In this document: piece by piece, positions 37,756-48,578 of the stretch
Numbering within the stretch: position 1 is the stretch's first letter
Layout: each line of letters starts with the position of its first letter
Virus record (IMG/VR): IMGVR_UViG_3300033752_000251
DNA from: an uncultured virus (IMG/VR IMGVR_UViG_3300033752_000251)
Taxonomy: Duplodnaviria; Heunggongvirae; Uroviricota; Caudoviricetes
DNA length: 64,000 nt
Strand: one strand, 5' to 3'
Made by a program: the position numbers and the translations under genes
The notes under the pieces: model-generated
The model's database searches: none
The model's input: only the letters and a program-made list of their open reading frames with translations
Told to the model about the DNA's origin: nothing

Positions 37756-40188
37756 ATGGCAGTTAATATCACAGAAGAAAAACTTTTTGAAGATGATAAT
37801 ATTGTGCACCTAGAGAATGACATTGAAAAAGTTCAAGAAGCATCTCATATGTATATCGGATATTCTGGAGCTAGGGGAGCCTTCCATCTGTCAAAGGAAG
37901 GCATTAATAACGCGATTGACGAATGTATCAATCCGAATTCCCCTGGTAATGAAATCTCGATCTTTCTTGATGAAAGTGAGAATGAAATTATCGTTTCGGA
38001 TAACGGTAGGGGTATTCCGTTCGATAAACTTAAGATAGTATGTACTACTCTTCAGTCTAGTGGTAAGTTTAAACGTGAAGGAGTAGGGACTACCGCTGGG
38101 CAGAACGGGGTGGGTATCACTGTCGAAAATGCTTTGTCTGAATCATTTGAGATTATTTCTTATCGTTATGGTAAGAGAGCAAGTATAAAATTCCGTGAAG
38201 GTAAGCTTGTTCAAGACGTAAAGATCGAAGATGATGCGAGCGTAAAACACGGAACTACTGTTAAATTTATTCCGAGCAAAAGATTTCTGGGTGAAAATTG
38301 TAAAATTGATCCCAATGACGTTATTGCTTGGTTGGAAGACATTATTTGTTTAACTCCTAGTCATATTAGCATTAACTTCAGTGTGTCTCGCAAGGGTAAA
38401 GAATCAGTAATGACAAGGAAGTTTAGAAATAAAGATGGTCTCTATACGATGTGTAAGAAGTTTGCGGAGAAGCCAATTTTAGATCCGATCCATATTTTAA
38501 GGGATATGAAGCTGACTGAGATAGTTCAAGTCCGGGATGAAAAAACTGGAGAATACAAACCGGAGAATATCCAGCGGTTCATCGGATTAGAATTTGCTCT
38601 CACGTATGAATCTTCACATGTAGCAGAGATGAAAGTTAAGTCGTTCTGTAACTTTGTAACGACTACTGACCATGGCGAGCACGTTAATGGTGTTCGTGCT
38701 GGTATTATTAATTACTTTGGAAAACAAGCGCGTGAGGCTCTTTCGGAGAAAGAAGCTAAGAAAATTGAGATCACGCCGAACGATATTGTCAATGGTCTGG
38801 TTCTCTGTGTGTATCTTGCAACTGACATGACACCGGAGTTTGGCGGTCAGACAAAAGAGAAACTCAACAACCAAGCTTTCTTCAGACCGTTGCGTGAAAT
38901 GACTTATCGTGGTCTCGACGAGTATTTCAAACGCAATCCGAGAGAGCTGAAAAAGATCGTTGATTATATAAAAGCTAATGCAAAAGCTCGTTATGAATCT
39001 ACAAAAGTGAGAAACTCGGCAATTCGAGGAGAGTCTAACAATCTCTCTGAACATGGAATCAATCTTTTCTGTCCGGCTAATAACAAGGGTAAAAACGATT
39101 ACCGCGAATTGTTCATCGTAGAAGGGGAGTCCGCATTCGGTCCGGCAAAACAAGGTCGATATTCGGCAGACTTCCAAGCAGTATTCGGGGTTCGCGGTTA
39201 TGGTAAAAACGTATTTGGGGTTAGTCCTGATGTGGTCCTGCAGAATAATGAGCTGCGTGATCTGGTGACGATCCTTAGATGTAATATCGGACCAAGATTC
39301 GATTTAAGTAAGTTGCATTACAAGAAAATTATTATCATGACAGATAGCGACGCAGACGGTTTCTTTATTTTCTCGCTTTTGTGTGCGTTCTTCGTATACC
39401 ATCTGCCTAAGGTGGTTGAAGAAGGTTATCTGTATAAAGCCGTTGCGCCGTTGTATGAAACAAATGACAAGAAAAAGAAATATGTAATGAACAAACGTCA
39501 GTATATTGAACTCTTCGAGGAAAGAATCGGTGACAACATCGTTCTTATTGATCCTAAGACGAACGTTGTCATGAAAGAAGAGAAATTCAAAGATTTCCTG
39601 ATGAACAATCGGGATTATCTTGAAGAACTCCAACGTGCTTCGAAGCACTACGGTATCCATCCGCAAATTATGGAATTTGTGGCGGTACACGGGGAAGATG
39701 TCAATTTCAAAACTCTTTTGAAGAAGAGATTTCCGGAAATCACTATCGAGGATAATATACTCGAAGGTATTCATGAAGGCCGCTATCAAATTCTGAACCT
39801 TGACAAACTTCTTTTCAAGAAGATTCAAACGTTAAAAGATTTGATCTTCGATGTAAATAAGGGTAAAATCTACTACCGTTTGCATGAGAAGACTAAGAAC
39901 GGTTATATCGACCGTGGTGTTATGACCATCGGGGATATCATGGTTCATTGTCAGAAATTTAGACCGGCAATCACAAAGCGGTTTAAGGGACTTGGTGAAC
40001 TCAACCATGATCAATTGGGCATGACCACTATGGACCCGAATAATCGGATGCTGATTCAACTAACCATCAATGATCTGAAAGAGGAACTCCGTAAGATGGA
40101 GATTTTGCACGGTGGTGCAAAGTCGAGAGATGACCGTGTAGAATTCCTGTCCAACTACAAACTCAATCGAGAGGATCTCGATAATTAA
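37756..40188 (+). CDS. gyrB: type IIA topoisomerase B subunit (GyrB/ParE-like)
   Basis: MYIG, NAIDE, DNGRGIP, GQNGVG, IVEGESA, MTDSDADG, RFKGLGE. Confidence 0.92.
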   Translation: MAVNITEEKLFEDDNIVHLENDIEKVQEASHMYIGYSGARGAFHLSKEGINNAIDECINPNSPGNEISIFLDESENEIIVSDNGRGIPFDKLKIVCTTLQSSGKFKREGVGTTAGQNGVGITVENALSESFEIISYRYGKRASIKFREGKLVQDVKIEDDASVKHGTTVKFIPSKRFLGENCKIDPNDVIAWLEDIICLTPSHISINFSVSRKGKESVMTRKFRNKDGLYTMCKKFAEKPILDPIHILRDMKLTEIVQVRDEKTGEYKPENIQRFIGLEFALTYESSHVAEMKVKSFCNFVTTTDHGEHVNGVRAGIINYFGKQAREALSEKEAKKIEITPNDIVNGLVLCVYLATDMTPEFGGQTKEKLNNQAFFRPLREMTYRGLDEYFKRNPRELKKIVDYIKANAKARYESTKVRNSAIRGESNNLSEHGINLFCPANNKGKNDYRELFIVEGESAFGPAKQGRYSADFQAVFGVRGYGKNVFGVSPDVVLQNNELRDLVTILRCNIGPRFDLSKLHYKKIIIMTDSDADGFFIFSLLCAFFVYHLPKVVEEGYLYKAVAPLYETNDKKKKYVMNKRQYIELFEERIGDNIVLIDPKTNVVMKEEKFKDFLMNNRDYLEELQRASKHYGIHPQIMEFVAVHGEDVNFKTLLKKRFPEITIEDNILEGIHEGRYQILNLDKLLFKKIQTLKDLIFDVNKGKIYYRLHEKTKNGYIDRGVMTIGDIMVHCQKFRPAITKRFKGLGELNHDQLGMTTMDPNNRMLIQLTINDLKEELRKMEILHGGAKSRDDRVEFLSNYKLNREDLDN

Positions 40189-40206
40189 TGGGAGAGGGGT
40201 CTTTAT

Positions 40207-40450
40207 ATGGCAAAGGTAAGAATTTTGCGAAATGGAAGACTTCCTAAATCGGAAAACAAGCTGGACATGGATAAGACTTCATGTCCAGCTTGCTCGGCTC
40301 CTTCAATATGGATATGATTATTTCGTGCGCAAAGGATTTTTAAAGCGTAAACTTGTTAAAATAAGCAGATACACGTGCTCTGATTGTGGATGTGAGTACG
40401 AAGTTGAAGAATTATTCGTACGTTTTAAAAAGAGGAAAGGATGGTTTTGA
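40207..40450 (+). pseudogene. small Zn-ribbon gene split by a +1 frameshift
   Basis: CPAC in the frame of ATG 40207 (stop 40315); CSDC in the +1 frame. Confidence 0.6.
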
Positions 40451-40668
40451 TCATGGAAAAAGAAAAAGGATTCCAGCTCGATTCCTTTGATCGTAGTAAT
40501 GTTGAATTTGGAGTAGATCTTGCAAATCCCAATCTTGTTGGTATTTATGAATGTCAAGGCTGTTCTGAGCTTTATACGACTGAGCCAGGCGAACATATGG
40601 CGGCTCCAATTTGTCCAAAATCCACATGTCAAGAAACAGATATGATTTTTATTGGGGAGCACACCTAA
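40441..40668 (+). CDS. small Zn-ribbon protein
   Basis: CQGC...CPKSTC. Confidence 0.65.
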   Translation: MVLIMEKEKGFQLDSFDRSNVEFGVDLANPNLVGIYECQGCSELYTTEPGEHMAAPICPKSTCQETDMIFIGEHT

Positions 40669-40723
40669 TTTGCATTTATATATTATTTATACAAGAGAAA
40701 TGATGGAAAAGGAGTAATTAAGC

Positions 40724-43126
40724 ATGAAGAAACAAAAAGTTATCCCTGAGGATAGAAATATAGAGGTCCGAAATATCAGTGATCTCTGCATGGATGTAAT
40801 GCAAATCTACGGAGCAAACGTAAAATTCATGCGTTACATCCCTGGTGTAGTTGATGGACTTAAACCGGGGGAACGCCGTATCATGTATGCAATGTATTTG
40901 CGAAAACTGTTCCCATATGAAAACCATAAAAAATCTAATACTGCTGTAGGTGAAGCAATCCAATATCACCCGCACGGTGATAGTCCGATCTATGATACGA
41001 TTGTAAGGCTGGCTCAACCTTGGAACAACAATCAGGTATTGATTGACGGTCAAGGTAACTTCGGTACACCGATGGGCGACTCTGCAGCCGCTAGCCGGTA
41101 TACAGAGGTTAGAATGAGTCAATATGCATATAAATGTTTCTTTGAAGAATTTGATTTGCGTTATAGTGATACGAAGCTTAATTATCTTGGAGACGAAGAA
41201 GAACCGGAGTTTCTCCATAGTCGGTATCCGAATGTGCTCATCAATAACACCTTCGGTATTGGTTATGGTGTGGCAACAGGTCTCCCAACATATAACACCA
41301 AAGAAGTTCTCGAACTGACAATCAAATTGCTGGAAGATCCCAATTATGAAAATGTCACACTTATTCCAGACAGTCCGACGTATGCCCATATTGTCGATGA
41401 AGGACAGTTTAAAGAGCTGTCGGAAACTGGAGTAGGTCAATTTAAGATGCGCGGGGAAATTGAGGTTGACGAAGAAAATAACATAATTATCATCAAATCG
41501 GTCCCGCTTCAAGTATCCCCCAATAAAGTCAAGGAAGCCATTATTACACTTCAAGAAGAAGGAAAGATTAGCGGTATTCTTGACTTTAAAGAATCTTCGG
41601 CGAAAGAAACCAAAAATCCATCTGGGTTTGAGATGCGTATCGTGCTGAAGAAAGAAGTAGATCCTTATACGATCGTGGATACTCTGTATACGAATAACAG
41701 AGTTCGTATGCAGATCACAATCCCAGTTAATTTCAGACTGATCGATGACTATCAAGATAAGAAATTTAATGTAAGATCTGTAATACTCACTTGGCTTGAT
41801 TATAGACGGGATTTTAAACGTCGTGTGTTCAATCATATGTATATCAAAGCCAAGGAACGTCAGCACATTTTGGATACGTTACTGATGATCTTTACAGGAA
41901 AAAATGCAGAGAAAGCACTGTCGGTTATCAAAAGTGCTGAGTCGAAGGCTGAAATTCGTGAATATTTGATGGATGAATTCAAAATCAGCTCCCTGCAAGC
42001 TGAGCAAATTGCGGAAATGAAACTTTCTGCATTTACCAAGGATTCCATCAAAAGATATATGGCCGAAAAAGAAGATATCGACAGGAAAGTTGAAGAATAT
42101 AGAAAGATCATCAAGTCGAATAAAATGATTGATAAAATCATCAAAGCCGAACTTGAAGAAGGAATTCGTCTTTTTGGTGGTGAACGGAAAAGTAAAATCA
42201 TTACCATTGATGGGACTAGGAAAATTCGTGACACCAGACACATCGTCGTTGTCACTAAAGATAACATGATTAAGAAACTCCCTCATGACGTGACAACGAT
42301 TGGTCATATCAATCAAGGGGATTATCCGACAGAGATTTTGACGGATGTTAGTAATCTTACAGACATCCTCTTCTTCGATAGTCGGGGAATGATCTCTAAG
42401 CTTTCTCTCCATGCTATTCCTAATACCGAACTCAGCTCTGGAGGAGAAAGTATCAGTAAGTATTGCAATTTGACCGGTAGGATTACATCGATTATTAGGA
42501 AGCCTACTATGGAGTCTATTGATGCGTTCAAGGCACCAATTTATCTTCTGATGGTAACAAAGAATGGTATCATCAAGAAAACTCTCTTGAAGAGTTACAT
42601 GAACATCAAAAATGACTTGATGGCCATGATCGTTAAAGAGGGAGACGAACTTCAATCTGTAAAGATGCTTATCGGAACTAAGGACATTCTCGTATATACC
42701 AACAAAGGTTTCGGTATCAGATTCTCGTCTGATGCCGTTAAAGAGACGAATAGGATGTCCATCGGTGTGAAGGCGATTGATCTTACCGAGGACGAATTCG
42801 TTATTGGTATGGATATCGTCAACGAGAAAGATACAAGCATCTTTGTTCTGACTAATAAGGGTACAGGAAAACGATCCACACTCGAAACGTTCCCTACGAT
42901 GGAACGTGCAGGTAAATCCCTCAGGATCATCTCACTCGAAGATGGTGAAGAGGCCATTATCATGAGAACGGTTAAAGGTAAAGAAAAGTTCAAAGTATTT
43001 CTGAAAAACAGCATCGAAGAAATCGATGTTGAAAAAGTACCTGAACTCCCTCGACTTTCCAAAGGAAGAAAATTGGTTCCTGTTGCAAAGGGTAATGTTA
43101 TCATTGACATTAAGGAAGTAAAATAA
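40724..43126 (+). CDS. gyrA: type IIA topoisomerase A subunit (GyrA/ParC-like)
   Basis: DGLKPGERRIMYAM, YHPHGDSPIY, GQGNFG, AAASRYTE, C-terminal beta-pinwheel repeats. Confidence 0.92.
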   Translation: MKKQKVIPEDRNIEVRNISDLCMDVMQIYGANVKFMRYIPGVVDGLKPGERRIMYAMYLRKLFPYENHKKSNTAVGEAIQYHPHGDSPIYDTIVRLAQPWNNNQVLIDGQGNFGTPMGDSAAASRYTEVRMSQYAYKCFFEEFDLRYSDTKLNYLGDEEEPEFLHSRYPNVLINNTFGIGYGVATGLPTYNTKEVLELTIKLLEDPNYENVTLIPDSPTYAHIVDEGQFKELSETGVGQFKMRGEIEVDEENNIIIIKSVPLQVSPNKVKEAIITLQEEGKISGILDFKESSAKETKNPSGFEMRIVLKKEVDPYTIVDTLYTNNRVRMQITIPVNFRLIDDYQDKKFNVRSVILTWLDYRRDFKRRVFNHMYIKAKERQHILDTLLMIFTGKNAEKALSVIKSAESKAEIREYLMDEFKISSLQAEQIAEMKLSAFTKDSIKRYMAEKEDIDRKVEEYRKIIKSNKMIDKIIKAELEEGIRLFGGERKSKIITIDGTRKIRDTRHIVVVTKDNMIKKLPHDVTTIGHINQGDYPTEILTDVSNLTDILFFDSRGMISKLSLHAIPNTELSSGGESISKYCNLTGRITSIIRKPTMESIDAFKAPIYLLMVTKNGIIKKTLLKSYMNIKNDLMAMIVKEGDELQSVKMLIGTKDILVYTNKGFGIRFSSDAVKETNRMSIGVKAIDLTEDEFVIGMDIVNEKDTSIFVLTNKGTGKRSTLETFPTMERAGKSLRIISLEDGEEAIIMRTVKGKEKFKVFLKNSIEEIDVEKVPELPRLSKGRKLVPVAKGNVIIDIKEVK

Positions 43127-43189
43127 GAAAGATGGCTCTCTTGTGTTGATACCAAGAGAGCCATCTTAAATAATTGGAGGTAAGAATAA

Positions 43190-43471
43190 ATGCTGCAAAT
43201 TCATAAAGTTATGGCAACAATTAGCCTTTCATCGTTACAGGGTCTGGCTAAAATCGACACTCTTAAAAAGAGAGACTATCGCGTCTTGTTATTTTTGATG
43301 TCCCATCTGGACAGTCTTCGTCCAAAGAAAGTTGACAAAAAACAAATCGCCAGAGAGCTTCTTATGGACAAGAAAGAAGTTTCTAAGGCATTAGATAATC
43401 TTGTTGATGCAGGAATTCTCTTCTATGGTGATAGTGAACATGTGGAAAAAGGTTACATGTTCAAATTGTGA
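43190..43471 (+). CDS. winged helix-turn-helix protein (RepL/MarR-like)
   Basis: KQIARELLMDKKEVSKALDNLVDAGIL. Confidence 0.75.
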   Translation: MLQIHKVMATISLSSLQGLAKIDTLKKRDYRVLLFLMSHLDSLRPKKVDKKQIARELLMDKKEVSKALDNLVDAGILFYGDSEHVEKGYMFKL

Positions 43472-43593
43472 CTTAGGTATGGGAGTAATAATTACTCCCA
43501 TACCTTTATTTTTTTGATTTCATTTATTGGAAATAAGAACCAACATAAACAGATTAATAACAAATGCGTTTGAGGGGAAGGAGGTGATATGGG

Positions 43594-44004
43594 TTGGTAA
43601 ACGAAACGGCTAAAAAAATAGGAAGGAACATCAAGGTTATCGACAATGAAGACAAGCTCAGAAATTTTGCAAATGCTTATCAGGAGTGGAAAGACAAAGG
43701 ATATTATCCTGTTGAGATTGCTGAAATTATTTCTGCAGCTTTGGACATCGGTAAAACCACCTACTATAAATACCTTAGGCTTGCTCGCCAAAAAGGATTT
43801 ATCACTGACACTTATGAAGAAAACATGCAGATTTCTATCGAAATGAGACGTAGATGGTTACTTCTTCATGGTGGTAAAATCAAAGGTATCAAATTCTTCT
43901 ATCCCTCGCGTACTAAGAAAGGAAATGCTGAAAGTGGGACAGCAGAAGAAACCAAGGAATCATGTTCCTGGTTTAAAAGCATATATAAACGTATTTTCAA
44001 GTAA
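43594..44004 (+). CDS. helix-turn-helix protein
   Basis: EIISAALDIGKTTYYKYLR. Confidence 0.65.
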   Translation: MVNETAKKIGRNIKVIDNEDKLRNFANAYQEWKDKGYYPVEIAEIISAALDIGKTTYYKYLRLARQKGFITDTYEENMQISIEMRRRWLLLHGGKIKGIKFFYPSRTKKGNAESGTAEETKESCSWFKSIYKRIFK

Positions 44005-44053
44005 TCAAAAAAATATGCACATGGGTGTTCATAAAATACCCATGTGCATATTT

Positions 44054-44653
44054 TTAATGCTTTTTATAGATAACGAGAATTTGTTGACCCGCCCAGCAGT
44101 TAGGACATTCATCAATAACTTTTTCAAAGATCTTATTGAACCCATAGAATTTGGGATAGAAAGATTTTTCGGTGAAAGAGAACATATGCTCATCATATTC
44201 TTTGATTTTTTCATTATATGGAACAAGGAAAATAGCATACTTGTTAGTATAGGAAAGGATTTGTTTCATCCACGGATACGGATCTTTAAAGTGTTCGAGA
44301 CAGTTACTGCTATAAATCACGTCATATCTCTTCCTGTGGGTATCTAAACTGCCAGCAATAAATTCAAACTGTGGGAACAATTCTTTCGATTTTTCAATCG
44401 CAACGTCCGAAAAATCTAATCCCGCTACAGACGCCTTCTTAAATCTTTCTGCAAATTCTTTAACTCCTACACCGATTCCGCAACCCCAATCAAGTACTGT
44501 TACCCGCCGACTATCAAGATAGTCGATTACACTATCGGGAAGATGATTAATCATGAGTTGGATAAATGCCCTTGTTTGAATGAGTCCTCCTCGTTTCTCC
44601 CAATCGTTCTCGAAACGATAATCCCAGTATTCCTTAGAGTTAATAGCGCTCAT
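44054..44653 (-). CDS. class I SAM-dependent methyltransferase
   Basis: VLDWGCGIG, GLDFS..AI, YDVIYSSNCLEH; start MSAINS after GGAGG. Confidence 0.88.
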   Translation of the reverse strand: MSAINSKEYWDYRFENDWEKRGGLIQTRAFIQLMINHLPDSVIDYLDSRRVTVLDWGCGIGVGVKEFAERFKKASVAGLDFSDVAIEKSKELFPQFEFIAGSLDTHRKRYDVIYSSNCLEHFKDPYPWMKQILSYTNKYAIFLVPYNEKIKEYDEHMFSFTEKSFYPKFYGFNKIFEKVIDECPNCWAGQQILVIYKKH

Positions 44654-44766
44654 TTTATTTTTTCCTCCCTTAACAGACCATTTTGTATGATCCTTGATTA
44701 TTAAAAATGTTCCCAGAATCAATAAGTATAAGGGATGCCATATTTACAGCATCCCTTATGATGTTT

Positions 44767-45996
44767 TTAGTTGTATTTAGTTCTATCCAAACTATAAATA
44801 AGTTCACGAATATCCAATTTACCTCTAAAAATTGCTTCAACGAATTTTCTATAGAGCCAAGTAAAAATACGATTCCTATTTTGATTCTGTTCGATATTAA
44901 GGTAATAGTTATTATAGAAATCTTCATATTCTTTTATTTGTTGTTCCAGCTCTTTTCTAAGAGCCGGACTAAGATCGGTTCTTTTCATATCCCGCTTCAA
45001 TCTATCTAAGCCAGAGCGAATACGATTTTGTGTGCTTGGATATGGTCCAAGAAGTCCGAAAATAATTTCAAATTGAAGATCGATAAGATCATAAAACCAT
45101 GCAATAGGTGCATAATTATAAATTTTATTACCTAAGGATTTTTCCATTCGTTCCATTTTATTCAGTGCGGACGCCAGTTCTTTACCATAACCATGATCTA
45201 CCGCAAAACTATCCGCATGTTTTTCAACATTGTATCTTGATAAAATTTCCAATGTTAAAAAACTCTTTATAATTCTCGGTAAATTTGTAACTGCCGAGAA
45301 AAGGGATTTTCCGAAGATTGAAGTTATTTGGAATAGAATTCTCTCAGCGTTTGTTATTAAAAGGTACAACGGTCTAATATGTTTGGAAGCAAAATTATTA
45401 ACAAAATCAGAGAAATTAATGTAAAATTTATTTAAATTAATAGCATCCATGATACCTGATGCGATCATTTTACCAATGCTGACCCCAGTCATACTAAGAA
45501 CATGGAAAATACTATTGTAGAAATTATGACCAATTTCGTGTAAAATAATAGCTAAAATTTCTTTTTCATTTAGATTCGCTATGGTAACAATACCTGTATG
45601 TAAAATCACACCAACAAATAGATTTTCATTACTTTTTCTATTCGTTTTTTCATCGGTTTTATAGTTGCTATCGAAAACCATGTAGGTCTTACATACTGTA
45701 AACGCATTGGGCACAGTTGCCTCTGTCCAAGTTATCTTAACCTCTTTTACGTTGAAAAAATGCTTGAGAGCCCTTTCTATGGCTCTATTGTGATCAGAAT
45801 TATTTATTTCAGATATATCTAGGCTGGTTTTATATTCATTTGAATTATTTTTAATAATTTTAATAATTTTACGAAGTTCATCTTCCACGAGCTTAAATTC
45901 TTTAAAGTTCCTACCTACAAACTTTTCGAGTAAGATACAATCGTCGGTTGACGAATATGAAAATAAATAGGCGGAGCCACCACCAAGAATAGACAT
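44767..45996 (-). CDS. zinc metallopeptidase (M48-like)
   Basis: AIILHEIGH, EKHADSFA..GYGKELASALNKM, YPSTQNRI. Confidence 0.8.
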   Translation of the reverse strand: MSILGGGSAYLFSYSSTDDCILLEKFVGRNFKEFKLVEDELRKIIKIIKNNSNEYKTSLDISEINNSDHNRAIERALKHFFNVKEVKITWTEATVPNAFTVCKTYMVFDSNYKTDEKTNRKSNENLFVGVILHTGIVTIANLNEKEILAIILHEIGHNFYNSIFHVLSMTGVSIGKMIASGIMDAINLNKFYINFSDFVNNFASKHIRPLYLLITNAERILFQITSIFGKSLFSAVTNLPRIIKSFLTLEILSRYNVEKHADSFAVDHGYGKELASALNKMERMEKSLGNKIYNYAPIAWFYDLIDLQFEIIFGLLGPYPSTQNRIRSGLDRLKRDMKRTDLSPALRKELEQQIKEYEDFYNNYYLNIEQNQNRNRIFTWLYRKFVEAIFRGKLDIRELIYSLDRTKYN

Positions 45997-46112
45997 AAGG
46001 GAGTCCTCCCTGCTTTTATTTTTTTAGAATAATGTACAACCCATAAAACCGACTATCTAATCAAATCCAAAACAGTTATTTAATAGAATGATTGAGGAGA
46101 GTGTTGATAAAT

Positions 46113-47282
46113 ATGGCTACCGCGACAAAATCCTCTAATAGTGTGCTCGTCGACGAGCTTTATCCATTGGTTGAAAAAGCTCTGAGCAATCCTACCAATG
46201 TAAATAAGATTAAACGAGCGGTAACTGATTATTTAGATAGAAACATGGATAGACTTACCACACCGGGACCAGTTTATAGAACGATTTTTTCCGATTCGGA
46301 CATGAATAAACTCTATGAGGCTATAGAAGTAGATCCTGCGGAAATTAAACGAATTGTACAGGGATCTCCCACTATCAAGAGCCAATGGAAAATTATGAAT
46401 AACATATTTAACCCAACTATTGCTATGATCATTCGTTATTTTACAATCAAAAAGAATCAGGAAATGGTCAATGCAACGTTGGTCTATCTTACTTTATCCA
46501 TGTATCCTTCGTTGCATTTTAAGTATTTTAAACATGAGCCAAATGAGCAGATAATGAATTACACCATCAATAACCTTTCGAATAAATTTAAGATTAAGCA
46601 AACCGGCACAGTATATCATGCCCTTGTTGATACCACGCAGGTTTGCTATAGGACAAATACCGATAAACTTATTAGAGGTACAGATAAAGATATCGTCGAT
46701 TTCATTATGGATGAAAAGACCAGACTTAACAGTCTTCTGAAAAAAATCGCAAATGAATTTTATAGAAATAGTGAGCTAGGAAAGTATATGAACTTAGATA
46801 GTGATAACCTAGAAGAAGAAAACTATCATGAGGCAGATAGCAATACTTTTGCTGTGGAAAGATTAACGAATAACGTGGTTCTGAAACTTGTGGTGGAAGG
46901 ACCAAATATGAGGCTTGTTACAGTTGCGGCAAATTTGTGTAAAGTAAGCGTTTCTGAGCTCAGAAACTATGTTAATACGATGGTTGTCAGCGAGAACAGA
47001 GAGGATATTCGAGCAATTGTCGAAAGTATTCTCTTTTTGTATATTTTCGATTCACAAAACACAATTCAAGAAGTCAATAGTAACAAATTCCTTATGTATT
47101 GTATGGAGACATATAAGAAATCTAATACCACCGATAAAAATATTATTAGGATAAAGAAAATATTGGATAAATGGCTTGAGAATCTTGGCACCTATAAAAA
47201 GACCCAGCGATTTGCAACTATTAACAGTTTTAGGCGGGCTCTTTTCCTGTTTTTCGTTCTTAGTATTCAAACCACATATTAA
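46113..47282 (+). CDS. helical hypothetical protein, probably late
   Basis: about 390 aa; AACA-N6-TA at 46071. Confidence 0.7.
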   Translation: MATATKSSNSVLVDELYPLVEKALSNPTNVNKIKRAVTDYLDRNMDRLTTPGPVYRTIFSDSDMNKLYEAIEVDPAEIKRIVQGSPTIKSQWKIMNNIFNPTIAMIIRYFTIKKNQEMVNATLVYLTLSMYPSLHFKYFKHEPNEQIMNYTINNLSNKFKIKQTGTVYHALVDTTQVCYRTNTDKLIRGTDKDIVDFIMDEKTRLNSLLKKIANEFYRNSELGKYMNLDSDNLEEENYHEADSNTFAVERLTNNVVLKLVVEGPNMRLVTVAANLCKVSVSELRNYVNTMVVSENREDIRAIVESILFLYIFDSQNTIQEVNSNKFLMYCMETYKKSNTTDKNIIRIKKILDKWLENLGTYKKTQRFATINSFRRALFLFFVLSIQTTY

Positions 47283-47472
47283 TACAAAAAAAGAAAGGCC
47301 GTTAAATGCAACGGTGCCTTCGAGAATGTTGTGTGGAGTTGAATTTTATATATGTACTACACGACAAAACAACCACCAAATAGACGAACACTCTTCAAAC
47401 AACTGACAAATAGAACAAACGACTTACAACGTGTATACTCCATTTTTGTAATAATTTAAGGCTGCTTAGGGC

Positions 47473-47703
47473 TTAGATCAAAAAGGCTTTAGTGATTTTT
47501 TCCCTAAGAACCTTTTCATCAACCAACGCTTCTTCAAACTCACCGGTCTGCTCATTGACGATCTGAGCTTTCAGGCTAAGAATGGCGTTGGTGTCCGGTG
47601 CAACCGAAATGAGAATATACAGGGGTGTTTTGTCAATTGTTAGCACACCTTGAAGTATTTTCAACCCATTGACAATATTGACTACCATAAACTCCATCGA
47701 CAC
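47473..47703 (-). CDS. hypothetical protein
   Basis: AAGGAG SD. Confidence 0.6.
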   Translation of the reverse strand: MSMEFMVVNIVNGLKILQGVLTIDKTPLYILISVAPDTNAILSLKAQIVNEQTGEFEEALVDEKVLREKITKAFLI

Positions 47704-47807
47704 GCTCTCCTTTATCCAGATAGTTGAAAATTATTTGGAGTATACATTGTTATGATATATAATTATCAATAGTAAAAATACTAATTACAAGATCGGAGTG
47801 ATTTTAA

Positions 47808-48530
47808 TTGGCTATTACAAAAGAGAAAAGAAGAGAAATGGAAGAATTGATATATAGAGTTTTTGATGCTCTTGATCCAACTAAAACAAATAGTGCTAAG
47901 TATAGAGCTATGTTTGAGCCTATGAGCGATGACCAATTCGATAAATTCTTTTCGGAATTCTTCAAAGATGAAAATCAATATTTAGTATTGGACGTTGTTG
48001 ACTACGAAAGAAATCTTACGATTGAAAATGTTGAAAAAGCCGCAAAAATTCTGGGTGTTCCATTATTCGAACATGTTGCTATGCCCCATGTCGATATGAA
48101 TAAAGAAAATCCTGTTGTCACTCAATATCCCGTACCTGTAGGTTATGTTCACCTGAAACGGGCACAGCAGATGGTAGTTAAAAAGAATACGACATCAACA
48201 GAAATTTCTGCACGTTCTGCTCTCACTGGGCAAGTTGTGGGACGAGATAAAAATGCACGCGATTCTGATGCTGAGAACTTCGGTCTTGTAACCCTCAATG
48301 CAGTTAATACCCTGAGAGAATTTATGGGGCCGAGAGCTGACGATATGGTTATGAAGAGTGAAATGTATGCAGCTATTGCTCAAAAAGAATTTGTATCATT
48401 GGAAGAATTGACAAATAAACTTGAAAATAAAGTTACACTTAATACTCTTGATGTATATCTTATTGGTATGGGTCTTAAATCTGACCTCGTAACTCAAGGT
48501 CTGGTTCTTAAGAAAACAATGAACAAATAA
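47808..48530 (+). CDS. RNA polymerase beta subunit C-terminal split piece (second RNAP, probably virion)
   Basis: VPVGYVHLKRAQQMVVKKN..ARSALTGQVVG resembles RpoB TVGYMYMLKL.H.V..K..AR....VTQQP.G. Confidence 0.75.
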   Translation: MAITKEKRREMEELIYRVFDALDPTKTNSAKYRAMFEPMSDDQFDKFFSEFFKDENQYLVLDVVDYERNLTIENVEKAAKILGVPLFEHVAMPHVDMNKENPVVTQYPVPVGYVHLKRAQQMVVKKNTTSTEISARSALTGQVVGRDKNARDSDAENFGLVTLNAVNTLREFMGPRADDMVMKSEMYAAIAQKEFVSLEELTNKLENKVTLNTLDVYLIGMGLKSDLVTQGLVLKKTMNK

Positions 48531-48578
48531 AAAAATAAGGGGATGACGTCTCTAAGTCATCCCGTTATTTTTTATCAC

